Source: Fimbriiglobus sp. (GTDB lineage: Bacteria; Planctomycetota; Planctomycetia; Gemmatales; Gemmataceae). From it: a DNA stretch of 64,000 bases. Location of the stretch: assembly GCA_036493815.1 (NCBI GenBank), contig DASXPC010000221.1, positions 11,174 through 75,173 on the forward strand, given 5' to 3'. Of the stretch, positions 57,864 to 64,000 are shown one piece after another; the first letter of the stretch is position 1; every line of letters begins with the position of its first letter. The notes under the pieces are model-generated. The model was not told where the DNA came from, ran no database searches, and was given only the letters and a program-made list of their open reading frames with translations. Made by a program: the position numbers and the translations under genes.

Positions 57864-58640
57864 ATGCCCGACGGAACCGCCGACTCCCTCTCCGCACGGC
57901 CCATACCACCCGGCCGGTATCTCGTTTCCCTGGCCACGTATAACGAGCGGGAAAACCTTCCGGGTCTTATCGCGGCCATCCTGGCCCAAATCCCGCAAGC
58001 GGACGTGCTCGTCGTGGACGATAATTCCCCGGACGGGACGGGGAAAGTTGTGGACGAACTAGCCGTTGCCGATCCCCGCATCCGAGCAATGCACCGCACA
58101 GGAAAACTCGGGCTCGGCACCGCCATCCTCGCGGCCATGCGGTACGCCATCGAACACGGGTACGATTTCCACGTTAATATGGACGCGGACTTCAGCCACC
58201 CGCCCCGCTACCTCCCCGCGATACTGGCCGGCATGGACCGGCACGACGTGATGATCGGGTCCCGATACGTCGCCGGCGGCGGCACGGAAAATTGGCCCTT
58301 CTCACGACGGTTCGTCAGCAAGTCGGTCAATTTCCTCGTCCGTATCCTCTTCCGGATGCCGGTGAAAGACGCCAGCGGAGCGTATCGCTGCTACCGGGTG
58401 AGCCTGTTGAAGCAGACCGCGCTCGACAAGATCCGATCCCGCGGTTACTCGTTCCAGCAAGAAGTTTTGTTCCGCTGCTTCAAGGCGGGGGCGCGGCTCG
58501 GAGAATCGCCGATCATCTTCGAGAACCGCCGGGCCGGGTCGAGCAAGGTGAACGGGAAGGAATCGGTCCGGTCGCTGAGCATGATTTGTTATATTGGCCT
58601 GCGTAACTGGCTGGGGTTGGAACGACGGACGAAGAGTTAA
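57864..58640 (+). CDS. polyprenol-phosphate mannose synthase-like GT2 (Dpm1/Ppm1-like)
   Basis: ATG at 57864. Carries SLATYNERENL, VVDDNSPDGTG, MDADFSHPP and GSRYV. Confidence 0.85.
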   Translation: MPDGTADSLSARPIPPGRYLVSLATYNERENLPGLIAAILAQIPQADVLVVDDNSPDGTGKVVDELAVADPRIRAMHRTGKLGLGTAILAAMRYAIEHGYDFHVNMDADFSHPPRYLPAILAGMDRHDVMIGSRYVAGGGTENWPFSRRFVSKSVNFLVRILFRMPVKDASGAYRCYRVSLLKQTALDKIRSRGYSFQQEVLFRCFKAGARLGESPIIFENRRAGSSKVNGKESVRSLSMICYIGLRNWLGLERRTKS

Positions 58641-58652
58641 CGACGCGGACAT

Positions 58653-60341
58653 TCAGTTTCCGCCGAGTGGCGCCACTTCCATCAACACCATCTTGTCCCC
58701 GAGTTGATCGATCCCTTCCCAGGGATGGACGGCTTCGCGGAAGAGAATTGTGGCCGGTAAATCGATTCCGGCCAGGTAACGGGTCCGGGCGATGACCCAC
58801 CGCACCGTGCCGGCGCGAATCGCCTTTATCAAAGCGTCCTGCGTAGCGTAGTCCGGAACGGGAGCCGTTCGGCCGAGATCGAACGCCACGTCGCGGGCGT
58901 GGAACAGGGCAAGTCGGTCCGGTTCGTTGCTCGTGCGTTCCCGCACTTCGTTCGAAAACGCTTTCCGAGTCCTGAATTCGTCGGCGGCGGGCATGGCCAC
59001 GAGAAAAGTGTACGCGAGGCCGAGGGTCGCAACGAGTGCGGTGGCCGGGATCAGTCCTTTCTTCCGAATTACCGCGGTGGCGAACCCGCTAGCACCAACA
59101 ACCCAACCGAGGGCGAACGCCCATCGAGCCGGAAGTGGCGGAAGCTGATTGTAAGGGGTGGGCAATAGTCGATCGAATGGCAGGAGGAATGCCCCGGCTG
59201 CCGGCGTGCCGAGGCCCACGCAGACAAACCCTGCGAAGCGTAGCCGGCAGGCCAGCGGACGGAGCGATTCCACCGGTGCCGTCAACGCCCGCCCGATCAA
59301 GAGCGAGACGGCCGGGAGCACCGGCAACAGGTAATAACTGCGCCGCGAGGCCGAGGCGGTGAAGAAGAGGAATACGGCCCAAAAGTACGCCCGGGCGAGG
59401 CGGTAGCCGTCAGTCGTCGTCCGGCCCGGGAATACCGCGGCGGGGAGAAACGCCGACCAGGGCGCGGCCAGAACGAATACCACACCCAGGTAAAGATAAA
59501 CCGGCCCGGTGTGATTGCGCGGGGCGACGAACCGCTGAACGTTTTCCCGGAACACCATCGCCAGTCCGTCACCCGCCCCGGACTGCCATTGCGAGACGAG
59601 GAACGGGGCCAGATACGTGGCAACCGCCAGCGGAACGGCGACGAAGGTCCAGCGGTTAAAGAACCAGCGATTCGCAAGAACGAATTCTCCGGCGAGCGTG
59701 CTTCGCGAACGATTCAACCAGGCCTTCCACGTGCCGAAATACCCCATTGCGACGACGGGGAGGGCAAAACCGAGGAGGCCTTTCGTAAGCGACGTGAAGG
59801 CCATGAGCAACCACAAGATCACCACCCAGCGTTGACCGGTCCCGTTTCGATACCGCTCAAATAGATAGATCGCGGCGAGCAGACCGGTCGCGGTTTCGGC
59901 GTCGGCCGTCGCCCGCCGGGCGTAGGTCACGAACCCGAAACTGGTGGCGAGAATGATCCCCGCGGCGAGGGCGGTGCGTCGGTCGTAGAGCCGGGCGGCG
60001 AGGCACATCACGAACAGTACGCCGAGCCACCCGGCCGCGGCGGCGGGGAGGCGGGCAGTGGCTTCGTCCACGTCGCCCGTGACGTGCGACGCGGCAACGA
60101 TCAGCCAGTACGAGCCGAGAGGCTTGTCGTAATAGGTATGGCCGTTGATGGTCGGGTGGAAGTAGTCGCCGGTAAGCCGCATTTCGCGGGCGACTTCCGC
60201 CCACCGCAACTCTTCGGAAACGACGCCCCTGTCCCCGAGGCGGCCGAAGAAGAGAATCGCTGCGGCGAGGAGTATCGCCGTCCGCCCGACCGCCCAGGCT
60301 CGGTCGGAAAGGTCCGTGAATGCCTCGCCCGTTCGCGGCAT
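58653..60341 (-). CDS. GT39/ArnT-like (PMT_2) polyprenyl-phosphate-sugar-dependent glycosyltransferase
   Basis: A polytopic GT-C protein. Its N-terminal loop is EELRWAEVAREM...YYDKPLGSYWL. ATG at 60339-60341, 1 nt after the upstream stop. Confidence 0.85.
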   Translation of the reverse strand: MPRTGEAFTDLSDRAWAVGRTAILLAAAILFFGRLGDRGVVSEELRWAEVAREMRLTGDYFHPTINGHTYYDKPLGSYWLIVAASHVTGDVDEATARLPAAAAGWLGVLFVMCLAARLYDRRTALAAGIILATSFGFVTYARRATADAETATGLLAAIYLFERYRNGTGQRWVVILWLLMAFTSLTKGLLGFALPVVAMGYFGTWKAWLNRSRSTLAGEFVLANRWFFNRWTFVAVPLAVATYLAPFLVSQWQSGAGDGLAMVFRENVQRFVAPRNHTGPVYLYLGVVFVLAAPWSAFLPAAVFPGRTTTDGYRLARAYFWAVFLFFTASASRRSYYLLPVLPAVSLLIGRALTAPVESLRPLACRLRFAGFVCVGLGTPAAGAFLLPFDRLLPTPYNQLPPLPARWAFALGWVVGASGFATAVIRKKGLIPATALVATLGLAYTFLVAMPAADEFRTRKAFSNEVRERTSNEPDRLALFHARDVAFDLGRTAPVPDYATQDALIKAIRAGTVRWVIARTRYLAGIDLPATILFREAVHPWEGIDQLGDKMVLMEVAPLGGN

Positions 60342-60342
60342 G

Positions 60343-61782
60343 TTACCGCCCCGCGAGTACGGTCTGCCGCCAGGCGGTATCGAGCTTTCGCGCGTCGGTA
60401 TCGTAATTTCGACGGAGTGCGGCCTCGATTCCGTATCGCTGGCCGTCTCGGAGAAACGTGGTAAACGCCTTTTCGCCCCGCAATTTGACGAGGTATTCGA
60501 CCAGCGTCACTGCCGAGGCGTAAAAGCCTGTGACTCTTTCCGCCTTGGGAAAGCCGGGGAGGGCCGTCAAATCGGCGACGGCGAAGAGGTCCTGGGTGCG
60601 GGCGGCCGCGGTCGCGGTGCGGTCGTATCGGCCCAACTCTTCGGGGGAACAGGACAGCACCGCCATGCCCACCTCGGCCCATTTCGGCGGGGCCTGGGTC
60701 GGAAACAGGTCGGCAAGGATCACGTGCGTGAGTTCTCTCGGCAGGGCGTCAGTCGCCGTCGAAGGGTCGTCGGCCCGCAGGTCGATCCGCCGTTCGGTCA
60801 CGGCCCCGTTTTCGAGTTTGACGGTGGCGAGGCCGGTCGCCCCGGCCGGCAGCTTCGTTGCCGACGTGAACCCGACCGCCCCCGGGTGCAGGACGATTTC
60901 GCACTTCGTCCCCCACGCCCCGCGTGGCGGGCCGGACCAGCGGGAGTAGATTTCCGTTCGTTTCACCTCAGCGGCATTCGCCACGGTTTCGGCCACGGAC
61001 CGTGTCCCCTGATGCCGGACGCGGAAATTCGCGGTCTCCACTGCCTCCCACCCGCTGGGGAGCGGGGCCGTGGATGGGGAGGGACCGGTTTTGCCCATTC
61101 GCTTCCGTGCCGCAGCCAGAACCTCGGCGCCGGCTTTCTGCAAGCCTTCGTGGGTCGGCGCGAGAGCCAGCGCCTCGGTGATTTCGGCTTCCACCGCTTT
61201 CGCCACGGCGACGTCGGCTCCGGACCGGTTTAGTTGGTCCGCGGCGACCTTAACCCGGCAGTAGGCCCAGGCGGTAACCTGATCCGGCCGGAGTTCGACT
61301 TTATTTTGGAATGCTTTCTCGAACAGCTTGGCGGCGGCCGAGAAGTTGGCTTTGTTGAAAAAGTCGGTCGCGGCAATGAGGGCGGTGGAGGGCGCCGATG
61401 ATGTAGACGGTGCCAGTTCCTTTGCTGCCGCGGGCACGATCGGCGGGGCCTGCGGGGCCGGTTCGGGCGACAAACCCAACGCGGCCATTCGCGTCGTCAC
61501 CGCCCGGATTCGCTTTTCGTCCGGAGTCGCGGTGACGCGGAGTTGCTTCAGCTCGGCGATGTAAGCCCGGCCCAAAAGCGCGAGGAATTCCGTGCTGCCG
61601 TCGGCGTTCGGGAGCTGAGCTTCGAGTGCGGCCGCAGCCGAGGACGCCTGACCCGCGGCCAGCAATTCCTTCGCGTCGTGGATCGCCTTCTGCACCCCCA
61701 CCGCCCGGGTCACCGGGTCGGGCGGCTCTGCGGCCAAGGCGACCGAAACGAACAACACCGCGGCGAGAACGACTCGAAACAT
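60343..61782 (-). CDS. secreted peptidase-MA-like (DUF1570-like) protein with degenerate zinc motif
   Basis: ATG at 61780-61782 with a signal peptide. The C-terminal domain has RELTH in place of HExxH, followed by WAEVGMA. Confidence 0.55.
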   Translation of the reverse strand: MFRVVLAAVLFVSVALAAEPPDPVTRAVGVQKAIHDAKELLAAGQASSAAAALEAQLPNADGSTEFLALLGRAYIAELKQLRVTATPDEKRIRAVTTRMAALGLSPEPAPQAPPIVPAAAKELAPSTSSAPSTALIAATDFFNKANFSAAAKLFEKAFQNKVELRPDQVTAWAYCRVKVAADQLNRSGADVAVAKAVEAEITEALALAPTHEGLQKAGAEVLAAARKRMGKTGPSPSTAPLPSGWEAVETANFRVRHQGTRSVAETVANAAEVKRTEIYSRWSGPPRGAWGTKCEIVLHPGAVGFTSATKLPAGATGLATVKLENGAVTERRIDLRADDPSTATDALPRELTHVILADLFPTQAPPKWAEVGMAVLSCSPEELGRYDRTATAAARTQDLFAVADLTALPGFPKAERVTGFYASAVTLVEYLVKLRGEKAFTTFLRDGQRYGIEAALRRNYDTDARKLDTAWRQTVLAGR

Positions 61783-61872
61783 GCGTGCATCCTTGCACTG
61801 GGCGGGGCTGTCCTGGCCCCGCGGGCCGGGGAGTATGCGAAAAGTCAAAGATTGGCACAAGGCGAAGCGGAC

Positions 61873-62565
61873 TTACTTCGTTGGCTGCGTTACCTGGAAG
61901 TCTTCGAACACGGCTTCCACCGCGTGGTTGACGCCGTGGCTGGCGAACACGCCGACGTAGACTTTGTGTGGCCAGACATAGGATTGCGTGCCACGCAAGG
62001 TCCAGGCTTTACCGTCCGAGCTCGTGTACCCGTTTACCTGATTCGTTTTTCGCACGAGTCGCAGGTAGATCGGTTTGTCGTTCGAATTATTTTGTGGAAG
62101 TCCAAGTTCCGAGGCACTCGAATCCGGCAGGCGGTGCTGAAACAGGAATTGAGGCGTGTTGCCGGTACCGCCTACTTCCATGTTGATGTACCGGGACATG
62201 GTGATGAATTTGTCGTCGTCGGTGCCGACGAATAGCCCGCCGGCGGTCATGGCCATGCCCTCGGATTTTGGACCGGGGGGAGTCAGGGAAACGACCTTGA
62301 TTCGGATGTCGAAGTCGCCGGAGATTTCCCGCCGTACCCGCGGGGCAGTACTTTTTTCGCTCTCATATCCCGGGGTGAACCGGTGTGGCGTACCCGGAAT
62401 TTGAATCTTCAGACGCGACCCGTCGAGCGTAATCGAGCAATCTTTTCCCGGGTCGTAGATCGTACCGAACATCCTGTGAAAACGGTTTTCGGCGGATTCC
62501 TTTGGAGGCGGGGCGGCGACCGCACTGGATGCGAAGAAGAGTAGGGAAAGAAAAGCCCGGCCCAT
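61873..62565 (-). CDS. secreted jelly-roll/LamG-like (DUF1349-like) protein, paralog 1
   Basis: Signal peptide + AAPPPKE...KDCSITLDGSRLKIQIPG...PIYLRLVRK...SSDGKAW...VYVGVFA. Confidence 0.7.
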   Translation of the reverse strand: MGRAFLSLLFFASSAVAAPPPKESAENRFHRMFGTIYDPGKDCSITLDGSRLKIQIPGTPHRFTPGYESEKSTAPRVRREISGDFDIRIKVVSLTPPGPKSEGMAMTAGGLFVGTDDDKFITMSRYINMEVGGTGNTPQFLFQHRLPDSSASELGLPQNNSNDKPIYLRLVRKTNQVNGYTSSDGKAWTLRGTQSYVWPHKVYVGVFASHGVNHAVEAVFEDFQVTQPTK

Positions 62566-62642
62566 TTCGATTCCTCCGATTCCGTCGGCCGCGGATACTC
62601 CCCCCGCAGTGAGAAGCAGGCGGGGAGTTGCGGGTCACGACC

Positions 62643-63341
62643 TCACTTCTTGTCCGGCGGGGCGATCTTCAGGTTTACGAAGCCGGACTCGAACGCGGCG
62701 TCGGTGTCGTGGGCGACGAATACACCGACTTTTACATTGTTCGGCCAGTCAGCCTTTACAGGCTCGAATGCGTGCCAGTGCTGGCCGTCGGTACTGGACG
62801 CCGTTTCGATCGTGCTTCCCGTGCGGGCGAGCCGAAAGTATACCGGCTTGTCCTGTTTCGGATCGTCCAACGGCGTGCTGGACGACGACCATCCGCCTTG
62901 CGGGCTGTGCGCCATCTCGGCAAACGTCAGCACCCGCTTATATGTACTGCTCGCAATCCGCTCAACGCCGACATAGGCACGATATGCCCCGGCCGTATCG
63001 GTCAAAAGCAGACCCGCGTAGGCAGACGGAGTGATACCGTGTTTGGATTTCGCCGCAAGGGGTAAACGGCCCGGGAAGACTGTCACCGTGGCGACGAAGT
63101 CGCCGGTCCGGTCCTGGAGAACCTGCGGGGCGGTGAGCTTACCGCCCGTGATGTCGTAGGGGTGGGGAGTGGCCGGGATTATTATTCTCAACCTGCCTCC
63201 GGAGAGTTTCACCGTGCAGTCTTTCAACGGGTCGATGACGCTTCCCCACTTCCGGGGGATCGCGTCCGTTCCCTCTTCCTTCGGCGGTGGGGCGGCGGCC
63301 AGGCCGAGCAGGACGACGACAATCGGCAGCACTCGTGCCAC
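62643..63341 (-). CDS. secreted jelly-roll/LamG-like (DUF1349-like) protein, paralog 2
   Basis: GTG start. AAPPPKE...KDCTVKLSGGRLRIIIPA...PVYFRLARTG...STDGQHW...VKVGVFV. Confidence 0.7.
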   Translation of the reverse strand: MARVLPIVVVLLGLAAAPPPKEEGTDAIPRKWGSVIDPLKDCTVKLSGGRLRIIIPATPHPYDITGGKLTAPQVLQDRTGDFVATVTVFPGRLPLAAKSKHGITPSAYAGLLLTDTAGAYRAYVGVERIASSTYKRVLTFAEMAHSPQGGWSSSSTPLDDPKQDKPVYFRLARTGSTIETASSTDGQHWHAFEPVKADWPNNVKVGVFVAHDTDAAFESGFVNLKIAPPDKK

Positions 63342-63343
63342 GG

Positions 63344-64000
63344 TTACTTTTTGTCCCCGGTATCAAGTTTCAATCCCTCGAACACCGCCTCGTAGCCTTT
63401 GACTCCCGTGTTTTCGGCAAATACTCCGACTGTTACTTCAGGCGGGAATTCCCCCTCATACGTCCAGAGCGGCTTCCAGGTTTTCCCGTCGGTCCCGAAC
63501 TTGGACGAGATCGAGTTCCCCTCCCGGACCAGTCGAAAATAGACCGGTTTCGTGGCCTCGTCGTTGTTGGCGCCGCGGCCGCCGGAGGTGGAACTATTGG
63601 TCTTTCGCCCCATCAGTTGAAACGTCGTAGACCTGATCTTACCCTTCGCATCAAGTGTATGGTGCCGGGCGATCGAGCAGGCCGAATCGCTTCCCAGAAT
63701 ATAGACCCCCGCCCCGGTAAGTGCTCCCGCGTTCGCAGCATCGGCCGTCGGCACCGTCTGAAACAGTTGAACCACCAAAGTGAAATCCCCGGTTACCGTT
63801 CGAGTCGTTCGGGGCGCGTTATCTACCAGCCCCCGCCCCCCGTTGTGCATTGCCGCCCGGAACAGGTGGCTCTTTCCGGGGAGTGAAATCTTCAACTTCT
63901 CGCCGTCGAGGGTGAACGCACAATCCTTGTCGACGTCCGTCGTCTCGCCGTAAATCCGCTTCAGTTTGACCGATTCCGGTTCCCTAGGCGGTGGGGCGGC
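63344..64000 (-). CDS. secreted jelly-roll/LamG-like (DUF1349-like) protein, paralog 3 (5' end outside window)
   Basis: I translated the frame by hand and it stays open to the window edge (AAPPPREPESVKLKRIYGETTDVDKDCAFTLDGEKLKISLPG...). The TTG listed as the track start is an internal Leu. PVYFRLVREG...GTDGKTW...VTVGVFA. Confidence 0.7.
   Translation of the reverse strand, partial: AAPPPREPESVKLKRIYGETTDVDKDCAFTLDGEKLKISLPGKSHLFRAAMHNGGRGLVDNAPRTTRTVTGDFTLVVQLFQTVPTADAANAGALTGAGVYILGSDSACSIARHHTLDAKGKIRSTTFQLMGRKTNSSTSGGRGANNDEATKPVYFRLVREGNSISSKFGTDGKTWKPLWTYEGEFPPEVTVGVFAENTGVKGYEAVFEGLKLDTGDKK

Noticed and set aside
1-64000. tRNA, rRNA, tmRNA, RNase P, transposase/integrase and CRISPR scan by eye
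   Set aside because: I saw no T-arm GGTTCGAATCC-type motifs in an intergenic cloverleaf context. I found no rRNA-like conserved blocks, no DDE or tyrosine-recombinase-like ORFs and no repeat-spacer arrays. Small ncRNAs could still be missed without covariance-model tools.

Overview
High-GC chromosomal segment (about two-thirds GC in hand-counted lines). By inference from gene content only, it resembles a Planctomycetota (Gemmataceae-like) genome: a PSCyt/DUF1549/DUF1553 + DUF1501 pair plus an orphan DUF1501, two sulfatases, a giant TPR protein, and a BNR/sortilin-like protein with RGG tracts. I call about 50 protein-coding genes. Family names come from motif recognition in the translations, not from searches. 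Housekeeping genes are rpmA, gcvT-gcvH-gcvPA, ppk1, a cobA/hemD fusion and comM. Other calls include a TolC-RND-MFP efflux operon, a polyprenyl-phosphate glycosylation set (two GT2, one GT39/ArnT-like), and three tandem secreted paralogs at the right edge. I found no rRNA, tRNA, CRISPR array, transposase or integrase. Many long ORFs in the track are Arg/Pro/Gly-rich antisense shadows of real genes. The most unusual signals are non-coding. (1) A roughly 220-nt GC-rich interval (42622-42835) lies downstream of a near-consensus sigma54 -24/-12 element. The heptamer TTCCCCC recurs there 7 times, mostly in loops of clean hairpins, so it is a candidate repeated-loop sRNA or leader. (2) A second sigma54-like element (12684-12698) is preceded by two tandem palindromes and followed by a structured GC-rich element ending in a long hairpin. 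(3) A roughly 1-kb low-GC island (54.44-55.52 kb) carries two overlapping membrane-protein ORFs next to an orphan hicB-like gene. (4) An intrinsic-terminator-type hairpin sits directly in the gcvT leader. Several unusual domain fusions are also flagged: GNAT + class V aminotransferase, sulfatase + BNR sialidase-like, and sortilin-like propeller + PDZ + RGG tracts.
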